Shown piece after piece: positions 1-8,011 of a stretch of DNA of 64,000 bases. This stretch comes from Pseudomonadota bacterium. Lineage in GTDB: Bacteria > Pseudomonadota > Gammaproteobacteria > Steroidobacterales > Steroidobacteraceae. The first letter of the stretch is position 1; the number at the start of each line of letters is the position of its first letter. The notes under the pieces were generated by a model. The model ran no database searches, had not been told where the DNA came from, and was given only the letters and a program-made list of their open reading frames with translations. Made by a program: the position numbers and the translations under genes. Where the stretch lies: the NCBI GenBank assembly GCA_018261655.1, contig JAGTSG010000002.1:35871-99870 (forward strand), read 5' to 3'.

Positions 1-192
1 TCGATGGGTAAATCCCGGTCCGCGGCGGCGTCGCGCGCCGTGGTCGCGCGCGTCACGGCCAGGTTCGAGCGCTCGGTAGCGGCCACCTTTCCGGTCGGGC
101 ATTGCCGTCGCATCGCTTCGTTGTTCGCCGACGCTTCGCGCCTCGACGCGATGCCGGTCAACGAGTTCGTCGCGCAGTTCGTCCGGAACTGA
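1..192 (+). CDS. 3' end of an unidentified gene entering from the left edge (partial)
   Basis: The frame is open to base 1, third-position GC is high, and TGA lies at 190-192. The product is not recognisable from about 63 residues. Confidence 0.3.
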   Translation, partial: SMGKSRSAAASRAVVARVTARFERSVAATFPVGHCRRIASLFADASRLDAMPVNEFVAQFVRN

Positions 193-223
193 ACCAGTCG
201 GAGGCCTGTCCGCTGGCGCCGTG

Positions 224-637
224 TCAGTCCCCGAAGATCGAGAGCTGGCCTTCGGTGGCCGCCTGCGACGGCTCTTCCTTGCCGCGCCCGCCCGCCTTCT
301 TCTTCGTGCGTGCAGCCGGCGCCGCCGCACGCGCCTCGGCCGCCGCGGGCGCGCCAGGCAGCGAAGCGATGAACCCGGCCAGGGCCGCGAACGCGGCAGG
401 CGCCACGCTGTACCGGATGAAGCGGCCCTGTGGCGTCGGGCTGAGCAGTCCCGCCAGGGCCAGTTCCTTGAGGTGGAAGGAGAGCGTCGAAGCCGGGCAA
501 TGAACAGCGCGGGCAATGTCGCCGGCGGCCACTCCCTGCTCGCCGCCGCCAGCCACGACTGCGACGATCCTGAGTCGCGTCGCCTGCGACAGCGCGGCCA
601 GCATGGTGACGAACTGTTGTGCGGGCGTGGCGGGCAT
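224..637 (-). CDS. ArsR/SmtB-family transcriptional regulator with a roughly 45-aa Ala/Lys-rich C-terminal tail
   Basis: Winged-HTH core RLRIVAVVAGGGEQGVAAGDIARAVHCPASTLSFHLKELALAGLL. I chose the ATG at 635-637 (minus) rather than the longer ORF 224..931, whose N-terminal 98 aa look non-coding. Confidence 0.8.
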   Translation of the reverse strand: MPATPAQQFVTMLAALSQATRLRIVAVVAGGGEQGVAAGDIARAVHCPASTLSFHLKELALAGLLSPTPQGRFIRYSVAPAAFAALAGFIASLPGAPAAAEARAAAPAARTKKKAGGRGKEEPSQAATEGQLSIFGD

Positions 638-665
638 GAGCGCTCCAGGGCGACTGCTTATGAAG

Positions 666-683
666 ATTCTATGATTATAGAAT
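666..683 (-). promoter_or_regulatory. Putative ArsR operator overlapping a perfect -10 box
   Basis: ATTCTATGATTATAGAAT is palindromic at 16 of 18 positions. Its minus-strand reading contains TATAAT (674-679), about 30 nt upstream of the ArsR ATG. No good -35 was found. Confidence 0.5.
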
Positions 684-754
684 GCTGGAACCGGCGCAAT
701 CGCCCTGTGGCCTGGCCTGCCCACTCGGCGCGCCCTTGACTTATTGCACTCCTC

Positions 755-773
755 AGAATTCCTCGTATATTCT
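755..773. promoter_or_regulatory. Second inverted repeat with the same half-sites, upstream of the orphan gene
   Basis: AGAAT-N9-ATTCT uses the same ATTCT/AGAAT half-sites as 666-683, in an AT-rich spacer. Confidence 0.35.
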
Positions 774-901
774 GCCGCTACCTCTTTGATGCCCCGCCCT
801 TTCCACGTGCCAGGCACAGGACTTCGGGGTGGCCGCGGCCGGTCGCCGCTGTCGAGACCGGAACGGCGGGGCATAGAAAACAAATAGTTAGAGAGAGCAC
901 C

Positions 902-1255
902 ATGAGCGCCGCCTGGGAGTCCTTGCATCACGCCGCCCTTGAATTCACTTCCTCAGAGCCAATAAAACAACGGCTTATAAAAGCTTACTCAACCCATTTA
1001 GAGGAATTGGATCTCGACACGCTGCCGCCGGAGCTCCGCCCGAACTTCCACCAGCTGCGACTGCGCCTTACTTCGGTCCCTCCGATGCGCGGGGAAACGG
1101 CCATCGCGGCGACGGTACGGAAAATGTCGAATGATGATGCGAGTGCCTTTGCTCAGGAGATCGTCGAATTGATGGCGGGTCTCGCCGAGCAGCGCGGCCG
1201 CGTGGCGCCTGCGCGGCCGCGGCAGGTCCTCTCGCTGCGTTCAGCAGAAGGTTAA
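902..1255 (+). CDS. Hypothetical protein (117 aa, predicted helical, no recognisable family)
   Basis: ORF with a purine-rich tract (AGAGAGAG) before the ATG. The 5' third has clearly lower GC than the surroundings. It is divergent from the ArsR gene. Confidence 0.5.
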   Translation: MSAAWESLHHAALEFTSSEPIKQRLIKAYSTHLEELDLDTLPPELRPNFHQLRLRLTSVPPMRGETAIAATVRKMSNDDASAFAQEIVELMAGLAEQRGRVAPARPRQVLSLRSAEG

Positions 1256-1327
1256 GGCAACTCGTTCAGCCGAGCGGGCAAGACCTCGCCGTTCGCAACG
1301 CAACGTCCGGCGTAGGGTTGACGGGCC

Positions 1328-1783
1328 CTAGTCGAGCTTGAACTCGATCGTGTCCCAACGAGTGGTTTCCTCGTGCCGGGCCTGCCGGCGAATGGCGTCA
1401 GTCATCTCGCGCCCGTTCCAGGACACGACTTCGTCGGCGAATTCCCGCAGCTTGGCCGGGACGGTGTCGCCGGCCCCGAAGGGTTCCATGACGATCACGG
1501 GCTTGTCGCAGGCCTTGGCGTAGAGTGCCTGGAACTCGAGCAGCACCGGATCCTTCGCGTACTGCCCCGCCAGCAGCACCACGACCTCTGCGTCCGTCAT
1601 CTGCTGGCGCAGGCCTTCCTTCAGGGATTCCCGGTCGAGCTTGCGCGGCGGCTTGTCGGGCGCGCTGAGGTTGGCGTAGAAGAAATTCACCGCGCTTTCG
1701 AGGTATTCGAAGGTACGGAAGTAGTCGTCATCCGGGGCATAGAAATGGCTGACGTAGAGCCTGATCGGGTTGTCCTGGGACAT
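1328..1783 (-). CDS. TIR-like (DUF1863/MTH538-type) domain protein, stand-alone
   Basis: Pattern IRLYVSHFYAPDDDYF ... TDAEVVVLLAGQYAKDPVLLEFQALYAKACDKPVIVMEP ... VVSWNGREMTDAIRR matches the layout of TIR-like flavodoxin-fold domains. ATG at 1781-1783 (minus). Confidence 0.5.
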   Translation of the reverse strand: MSQDNPIRLYVSHFYAPDDDYFRTFEYLESAVNFFYANLSAPDKPPRKLDRESLKEGLRQQMTDAEVVVLLAGQYAKDPVLLEFQALYAKACDKPVIVMEPFGAGDTVPAKLREFADEVVSWNGREMTDAIRRQARHEETTRWDTIEFKLD

Positions 1784-1871
1784 CGCTTTCCCCCCGCCTT
1801 GATCACCGGCGCGCAGCGCGTGGCTATCCGGCGCCAAAGGCCTAGAATACGGGTTTTGGAACCTCGCGGAA

Positions 1872-2660
1872 ATGCCGATGCGGCTGGTGGCCTACAACAT
1901 TCGCTACGCGACCGGCACCGGCCCCTCCTTCCACCTGCCGGTACCGGGCGCCGGATACCTTCGCAGCAACCGCCAGGTGCTGGACCGCATCACCACTTTC
2001 CTGCGCGACCTCGACGCGGACATCATCGGCCTGATCGAGGTGGATACCGGGTCCATCCGCACCGGCATGGTCAACCAGGCGCGGTTCATCGCCGACGAAC
2101 TCGGGCACTACTCGACCTACCAGTGCAAGTACGGCGAGGACTCGATCAACCAGCTGCTGCCGATCGTGCGCAAGCAGGGCAATGCGTTCCTCGCCGCGCC
2201 GCGGGTCCACGGCGAACGCTTCCACTACTTCGACGCAGGCATCAAGCGGCTGATCATCGAGCTGGAACTGGACCAGTGCGTCGTCTTCCTGGTGCACCTG
2301 TCGCTGAAGTTCCGGCACCGCCACTACCAGCTGCGCCACCTCCACGAGCTGATCCGCCGCCAGTCGAAGCCGGTCATCGTCGCCGGGGACTTCAATACCT
2401 TCTGGGGGGACCACGAGATCTACCTGTTCATGCAGGCCGCAGGTCTCAGGAACGCGAACGTCGAGGGCAAGCCGTCCTACCCGAGCCGCTGGCCCCGCAA
2501 GGAGCTCGACTTCATCCTCTACGGTGCCGGGATCGAGCCCGTGAGTTTCGACGTCCCGTCGGTCCAGCTGTCCGACCACCTGCCGCTGGTGTTCGACTTC
2601 GAGGTCACGGCCACGGCCGGAGCCGATGCTCCTGCCGGCGCGGCGCAGGCGGGAGCGTGA
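1872..2660 (+). CDS. Endonuclease/exonuclease/phosphatase (EEP) family protein
   Basis: N-terminal VAYNIRY, central VIVAGDFN and C-terminal LSDHLPLVFDF motifs of the EEP fold. Confidence 0.8.
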   Translation: MPMRLVAYNIRYATGTGPSFHLPVPGAGYLRSNRQVLDRITTFLRDLDADIIGLIEVDTGSIRTGMVNQARFIADELGHYSTYQCKYGEDSINQLLPIVRKQGNAFLAAPRVHGERFHYFDAGIKRLIIELELDQCVVFLVHLSLKFRHRHYQLRHLHELIRRQSKPVIVAGDFNTFWGDHEIYLFMQAAGLRNANVEGKPSYPSRWPRKELDFILYGAGIEPVSFDVPSVQLSDHLPLVFDFEVTATAGADAPAGAAQAGA

Positions 2661-2685
2661 CCTTCGGGCCAGGCGGGAGCGCGAG

Positions 2686-4719
2686 ATGAGTGGAACGCAG
2701 GGCAACTGGGCGCTGGAAATCGACGGCGACTCGATCGCCTGGCTCACCCTCGACTGCCCGGGCGAGTCTGCCAACACGCTCGGTCGTGCAGTCCTGACCG
2801 AGCTCAACGACAGGCTGGCCGAGATCGAGCGTGCGCGTCCCCGCGCGGTCGTGCTGCGGTCGGGCAAGGAGTCGGGATTCGTCGCCGGCGCCGACGTCCG
2901 CGAGTTCAGCAGCCTCGACGACGAGGCGCGGGCCTACGAGCTCGTGCGCACGGCACAGCGCGTATTCGACCGCCTCGAGGCCCTGCCCTGCCCGACCGTC
3001 GCCGCGCTGCACGGGTTCGCGCTCGGCGGCGGTCTCGAGCTGGCCATGGCCTGTCGTTACCGGATCGCCGCGGAGGAAGGTCTCGCGCTCGGCCTGCCGG
3101 AGGTCATGCTCGGCATCCATCCGGGCTTCGGCGGCACGGTGCGCGCGCCCAGGCTCATAGGCGGCCCGGCCGCGCTCGACCTGATGCTGACCGGCAGGAA
3201 CCTGCGCGGCGACAAGGCGCTGCGGCTGGGGCTCATCGATCGGCTGGTCCCGCGCGAACGACTCGCCGCTGCCGCGCGGGAACTCGCGCTCAGTCCACCG
3301 TCGCCGCACCGGCTGCCGTTACCACAGCGGCTGCTGGCGCTGCCGGGTTTGCGCACGCTCGTCGGCCGTCAGGCACGCCGGCAGGTGGCGCGGCGCGCGC
3401 GCGAGGATCACTATCCTGCGCCCTTCGCGATCGTGAGGCTTTGGGACGCCTGCGGCGCGCGTGGCGAGTCGGCCTATGAGGCCGAGGCAAGGTCGATCGC
3501 CCGGCTGTTTCGCACGCCTGCGTCGCGCAACCTCGTCCGGCTGTTCTTCCTGCAGACGCGCCTCAAGTCGCTCGGCGGCAAGTCGGAGCATTCCTTCGGA
3601 CGTGTGCACGTCATCGGCGCCGGCGTGATGGGAGGTGACATCGCGGCCTGGTGCGCCTTTCGCGGGATGCACGTGACCCTGCAGGACCGTGAACTGCGCT
3701 TCGTCGAGCCGGCGCTTGCGCGGGCGCGTGAGTTCTTCGCGAAGCGCTGCAGGCGTCCGGGACAGGCGGCCGAGTGCGAGGCGCGGCTCGTAGCGGACGT
3801 GGACGGCGCAGGCATCCCGCAGGCGGACGTGGTCATCGAGGCGATCTTCGAGAACGCCGGGGCCAAGCGCGAGCTCTACGCGCGGGTCGAGCCCCAGCTG
3901 AAGGCCGGCGCGCTGCTCGCGACCAATACCTCCAGCATCATGCTGGAGGAACTGACGCGCGACCTTGCCGACCCCAGAAGGCTGGTGGGCCTCCACTTCT
4001 TCAATCCGGTCGCGCGGATGATGCTGGTGGAAGTGATCCGCGGTACATCGACGCACGAGCGGTGCCTAGAGGCGGCGATGGCCTTCACGCGCAGGCTCGA
4101 CAAGCTGCCCTTGCCCTGCCGCAGTTCGCCGGGTTTCGTGGTCAACCGCGTGCTGATGCCGTACATGACCGAGGCGATGTTCGCCGCGGAGGAAGGCGTC
4201 GCGCTGGCGGCCATCGACCAGGCGGCCACCGACTTCGGCATGCCGATGGGACCCGTCGAACTTGCCGATACCGTCGGTCTCGACGTCGCGATGCAGGTCG
4301 GCCGCATCCTGGCCGAGGCCTATGGCCGCGCCGCACCGACACGGGTGCAGTCCATGGTGGAAGCCGGCCTGCTGGGCCGCAAGAGCGGCCGTGGCTACTA
4401 CGAATGGCGGGACGGCAAGCCGCTGCGGGCACCGTCCCGCGATCCGGCGCCCGAGGACCTCCAGGACCGGTTGGTGCTGCAGTTCGTCAACGAGGCGGTG
4501 GCCTGCCTGCGTGAGGGCGTGGTCGCGGATGCCGACCTGCTCGACGCCGGCATGGTGTTCGGCACCGGTTTCGCGCCGTTCCGCGGCGGGCCGCTCCGCT
4601 ACGCCCGCGAGCGGGGCGTGGACCAGGTGCTCGACCGGTTGCGGCAGCTGGAACAGCGATACGGTTCACGTTTCCGGCCGGACGCCGGCTGGACCACGCT
4701 GGACGCGTTGCGGCGCTGA
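2686..4719 (+). CDS. Bifunctional enoyl-CoA hydratase / 3-hydroxyacyl-CoA dehydrogenase (FadB/FadJ-type alpha subunit)
   Basis: Crotonase-fold N-terminus (SGFVAGADVREF, LHGFALGGGLELA) and a Rossmann motif VIGAGVMGGDIA in the middle. ATG at 2686. No thiolase partner gene is adjacent. Confidence 0.9.
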   Translation: MSGTQGNWALEIDGDSIAWLTLDCPGESANTLGRAVLTELNDRLAEIERARPRAVVLRSGKESGFVAGADVREFSSLDDEARAYELVRTAQRVFDRLEALPCPTVAALHGFALGGGLELAMACRYRIAAEEGLALGLPEVMLGIHPGFGGTVRAPRLIGGPAALDLMLTGRNLRGDKALRLGLIDRLVPRERLAAAARELALSPPSPHRLPLPQRLLALPGLRTLVGRQARRQVARRAREDHYPAPFAIVRLWDACGARGESAYEAEARSIARLFRTPASRNLVRLFFLQTRLKSLGGKSEHSFGRVHVIGAGVMGGDIAAWCAFRGMHVTLQDRELRFVEPALARAREFFAKRCRRPGQAAECEARLVADVDGAGIPQADVVIEAIFENAGAKRELYARVEPQLKAGALLATNTSSIMLEELTRDLADPRRLVGLHFFNPVARMMLVEVIRGTSTHERCLEAAMAFTRRLDKLPLPCRSSPGFVVNRVLMPYMTEAMFAAEEGVALAAIDQAATDFGMPMGPVELADTVGLDVAMQVGRILAEAYGRAAPTRVQSMVEAGLLGRKSGRGYYEWRDGKPLRAPSRDPAPEDLQDRLVLQFVNEAVACLREGVVADADLLDAGMVFGTGFAPFRGGPLRYARERGVDQVLDRLRQLEQRYGSRFRPDAGWTTLDALRR

Positions 4720-4788
4720 GCGCTGTGGTAGGATCGCGGCCCACGATGAACCACCTGCGGGCCCCTTGCGTGCTCGCGAACCTGCTCC

Positions 4789-5853
4789 ATGAGTGACAAG
4801 CCGGCCGACCTTTCCATCTTGCGCAGCTTCTCCCCGCTCGACGGGTTGCGGCGGGAGAACCTCGCGGCGCTCGCCCGCAAGACCGCGGTGCGCCGCCTCG
4901 ACAGCGGGCGCGTGCTGTTCAAGGAAGGGGACAACGACAAGCGGACCTTCTACCTGGTTGCGGGCGACGTCGAGCTTCGTGCCGGCGACAGGACGGTCGG
5001 CACGCTGCAGGGCGGCACGCCGGATGCGCGCAACCCCGTCGCTCCGGGCCAGCCGCGGCGTTTCACCGCCCGGGCGCTTTCAGACATCGAGTACATCTCG
5101 ATCGACAGCGAAATGCTCGACGTCCTGCTGACCTGGGACCAGACGGGCTCCTACGAGGTTGCCGAGATCTCCTCCGGGGCCGGCGATCCGGAGAGCGATG
5201 ACTGGATGACGGTCCTGCTGCAGACCAAGGCCTTCCACCGCATCCCTCCGGCGAACATCCAGGCCCTGTTCATGCGCATGGAGCGCCTGAACTGCAAGGC
5301 CGGCGACGAGATCATCAAGCAGGGCGACGAGGGCGATTACTTCTACGTCATCACCCGCGGCAAGTGCGTGGTGACCCGCGAGACGCCGCTGAACCGCGAG
5401 GGAATCCGGCTGGCAGAGCTGACAGTCGGCGAGTCATTCGGCGAGGAGGCGCTGGTGTCCGACACGCGGCGCAACGCCACGGTGGCCATGCTGACCGATG
5501 GTTCGCTGATGCGCCTGAACAAGGCGGACTTCGACTCGCTGCTGAACGAGCCCCTGCTGCGCTGGGTCGACCTGGACCAGGCCCGGGATCTCGTCGCGCG
5601 CGGCGCGCGCTGGCTGGACGTGCGCCTGCCCAGCGAGTTCGACAACTTCCACCTGGAGGGCGCGATCAACATCCCGCTCTACTTCATCCGCATGAAGCTG
5701 CGCACGCTCGAGCCGGACACGCCCTACGTGGTGGTCTGCGACACGGGGCGCCGCAGTTCGGCCGGCGCCTTCCTGTTGAGCGAACGCGGCTTCGAGGCGC
5801 ACTGCCTGCGCGGCGGCCTCGTCGGCAACGCGCTCGGCCCGAAGCAGGACTGA
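4789..5853 (+). CDS. Protein with two cyclic-nucleotide-binding domains and a C-terminal rhodanese domain
   Basis: The first CNB-like domain looks degenerate. The second has a canonical phosphate-binding cassette (FGEEALVSDTRRNATV). The rhodanese module has the active-site loop CDTGRRS. Confidence 0.8.
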   Translation: MSDKPADLSILRSFSPLDGLRRENLAALARKTAVRRLDSGRVLFKEGDNDKRTFYLVAGDVELRAGDRTVGTLQGGTPDARNPVAPGQPRRFTARALSDIEYISIDSEMLDVLLTWDQTGSYEVAEISSGAGDPESDDWMTVLLQTKAFHRIPPANIQALFMRMERLNCKAGDEIIKQGDEGDYFYVITRGKCVVTRETPLNREGIRLAELTVGESFGEEALVSDTRRNATVAMLTDGSLMRLNKADFDSLLNEPLLRWVDLDQARDLVARGARWLDVRLPSEFDNFHLEGAINIPLYFIRMKLRTLEPDTPYVVVCDTGRRSSAGAFLLSERGFEAHCLRGGLVGNALGPKQD

Positions 5854-5960
5854 TTGGGTGCCGGGATTGGGTGCCGGTGTTACGGTTACGGTAACCGCTC
5901 CGTGTAGCGGGAGCGGTTGACGCAAAGGCGCAAGTTACCGAAACCGTAACACCGGCACCT
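5853..5960. repeat. Nested palindromic element between convergent genes (likely bidirectional terminator, REP-like)
   Basis: Tandem copies of ATTGGGTGCCGG. A perfect 18-bp inverted repeat GGTGCCGGTGTTACGGTT / AACCGTAACACCGGCACC encloses the palindrome CGGTTAC-G-GTAACCG and the inner hairpin AACCGCTCC-N7-GGGAGCGGTT. Coordinates are +/-1. Confidence 0.6.
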
Positions 5961-6309
5961 ACATCGTGTGCGTCTGCTTGTCGCCGCCCAGCGCGCCGGC
6001 GAGGTAGGACTCGATCTTCTTCTGCGTCATCCCGCGATCCTGCTCGCTGAACTGCACGCCGATGCCGGCCGTCCGCTTGCCCTGCGCGCCCTTCGGGGTC
6101 ACCCAGATGACCCGTCCGGCGACGGGCAGTTTCTCTTCCTCGCCCATCAGGTTGAGCAGCATGAACACCTCGTCGCCGAGGCGATAGTTGCTGTTCGTCG
6201 GGATGAAAAGGCCGCCGTTGCGCACGAACGGCATGTAGGCGAGGTACAGGGCGCTCTTGTCCTTGATGGTGAGCGTCAGCAGGCCGGGTTTAGTCGCTGG
6301 GGAACGCAT
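5959..6309 (-). CDS. pilZ: Type IV pilus assembly protein PilZ
   Basis: LTLTIKDKSALYLAYMPFVRNGGLFIPT ... EVFMLLNLMGEEEKLPVAGRVIWVTPKGAQG closely matches the PilZ family. tmk-holB-pilZ synteny is conserved. ATG at 6309 has a GAAGG Shine-Dalgarno sequence; an alternative TTG lies at 6315. Confidence 0.85.
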   Translation of the reverse strand: MRSPATKPGLLTLTIKDKSALYLAYMPFVRNGGLFIPTNSNYRLGDEVFMLLNLMGEEEKLPVAGRVIWVTPKGAQGKRTAGIGVQFSEQDRGMTQKKIESYLAGALGGDKQTHTM

Positions 6310-6311
6310 CT

Positions 6312-7370
6312 TCAACCTTCGATCTCCGGTCGCACGGCAATCCCGCCGGCGAAGGCCTCCGCGAAGCCGACCAGCAGGTCCTCGAACAGCAGCAGGGTGT
6401 TGAGGGACCGCTCCTGCAGTGACCGGGCTTCCCGCACACGGTCGAGCAACTCGAAAGCGGCTCTGATGTTCAACCCGGCGGGCGCCGATGGCAAGGAATT
6501 ATCGCGATTATTGTTAACCGCGTCACTGCCCGTCGCCGCCTCGCGAACCTGCGCCGACACCCAGTTCTCGAGCCACGCGAGACGGTCGGCGGGCCTGTCC
6601 TTGCTCCAGGTGTCAGCCAGCGCCAGCGGGTCGAACGCCGTCGGGCGCCGCGGCGGGATCGCGGCCGCCATGTCGCGTGTGAGCTCCCCCGCTCCGCTTG
6701 CGGCCAGGTCCAGCGCCTGCAGCGGCGCTCCCGCCGCCATCGCCAGCAACCCGGACCAGTCGTCACGTGCCTCCTGCTCCTCGAGCCAGGCGAGCGCTTC
6801 CCGGGTCGTCGGCTGGGAGACACGGATCCGCTGGCAGCGACTCACGACGGTGCGTGCGAGGCGGTCGAGCCGCGAGGCCACGAGGATCAGCAGGGTATCC
6901 TCAGGTGGCTCCTCAAGAGTCTTCAGTAATGCATTGTTTGCATTTATATTCATTCTGTCTGCGGGCTCGACCAAGCCCACCTTGGCACGTCCGCGGTAGC
7001 TGGTCATGGCCAGCGTGGCGCACAGGTCCCGGACCTGGTCGACCTTGATGTAGCTGGCCTTTTCTTCGATCGAAACCCCATGAAAGTCGGGGTGATTGCC
7101 GGCGAGGAACAGTACGCAGCTGGCACAGCGCCCGCAGGGCTGATCCAGGGCCGTCTCACACAGCAGCAGCTGCGCCGTCCACAGCGCGAGCGCCGACTGG
7201 CCGCCGCCGAGCGGCCCGTGCACGAGGATCGCGTGTGGCAGCCGGCCCTCGCACCTGGCGGCCGACACCTGGCGACGTGGAGCCTCGAGCCAGGGAACGC
7301 CCGCCCACCGCAGACGGTCGCCCGGCAGCCGGGCCTCGGCGGCGTCCTGGGCCGGACTGGCGCGCGCCAC
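6312..7370 (-). CDS. holB: DNA polymerase III delta' subunit
   Basis: HAILVHGPLGGGQ, zinc module CGRCASC, NALLKTLEEPPEDT and SRCQ motifs. Confidence 0.9.
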   Translation of the reverse strand: MARASPAQDAAEARLPGDRLRWAGVPWLEAPRRQVSAARCEGRLPHAILVHGPLGGGQSALALWTAQLLLCETALDQPCGRCASCVLFLAGNHPDFHGVSIEEKASYIKVDQVRDLCATLAMTSYRGRAKVGLVEPADRMNINANNALLKTLEEPPEDTLLILVASRLDRLARTVVSRCQRIRVSQPTTREALAWLEEQEARDDWSGLLAMAAGAPLQALDLAASGAGELTRDMAAAIPPRRPTAFDPLALADTWSKDRPADRLAWLENWVSAQVREAATGSDAVNNNRDNSLPSAPAGLNIRAAFELLDRVREARSLQERSLNTLLLFEDLLVGFAEAFAGGIAVRPEIEG

Positions 7371-7372
7371 GG

Positions 7373-8011
7373 CTAGCCCCGCGCCTCGAGCAGCGGATCG
7401 ATGAGGCCGCGTACCACCTGCGCGACCTCCTCCACCGAGCCCGACGCCTCGGCCCGGCGAACGCGCCCCGGCTCGCGGGCCAGGATGGCGAGATAGCCGG
7501 CGCGCACCCGTTCGAAGAACGCGGCCTGCTCGGACTCGAACCGGTCGGTCTGGGCGCCGCGGGCGCGGCTGCGCGCCATGGCCTGCGGGACGGGCAGGTC
7601 GAACAGGATCGTCAGGTCGGGTCGCCTGCCGCGCTGCGCAATGCGCTCGAGCACGCGGATGTGCTCCAGCGGGACGCCGCGGCCGCCGCCCTGGTAGGCC
7701 TCAGTCGCATCGGTGAAACGGTCGCAGAGCACCCAGGCGCCGCGGGCGAGCGCCGGCTCGACGAGGTTCCCGAGATGCGTGGCGCGCGCCGCGAACATCA
7801 GGAGCAGCTCGGTGACGGCGTCGACGGCCTCGTCCTGGGGCTGCAGCACGAGCTCACGGATGGACTCGGCCAGCGGTGTGCCGCCCGGCTCCCGGGTCAC
7901 GACCAGCTCGACGCCGCGCGCGCGCAGGTAGTCGGCGGCGAGACGGAGCTGCGTGGACTTGCCGACGCCCTCGATCCCCTCGAACGTGATGAAGCGACCC
8001 GTCATGCTCAC
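7373..8011 (-). CDS. tmk: Thymidylate kinase
   Basis: P-loop FITFEGIEGVGKST and TREPGGT. Confidence 0.95.
   Translation of the reverse strand: MSMTGRFITFEGIEGVGKSTQLRLAADYLRARGVELVVTREPGGTPLAESIRELVLQPQDEAVDAVTELLLMFAARATHLGNLVEPALARGAWVLCDRFTDATEAYQGGGRGVPLEHIRVLERIAQRGRRPDLTILFDLPVPQAMARSRARGAQTDRFESEQAAFFERVRAGYLAILAREPGRVRRAEASGSVEEVAQVVRGLIDPLLEARG

Noticed and set aside
736-771. TTGACT ... TATATT as a sigma70 promoter for the orphan 117-aa gene.
   Set aside because: The hexamers are 24 nt apart, and alternative -10 choices give 12-13 nt. Neither spacing is compatible with a standard promoter.
5821-6000. Apparent one-base discrepancy. There seems to be an extra C at 5821 and a missing C near 6000. 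Taken literally, this would frameshift the cNMP-rhodanese gene and pilZ.
   Set aside because: Three independent ORF-track translations agree on an intact reading. The shift cancels exactly over three printed lines. I treated it as my own reading error, not a pseudogene signal, and coordinates there are given +/-1.
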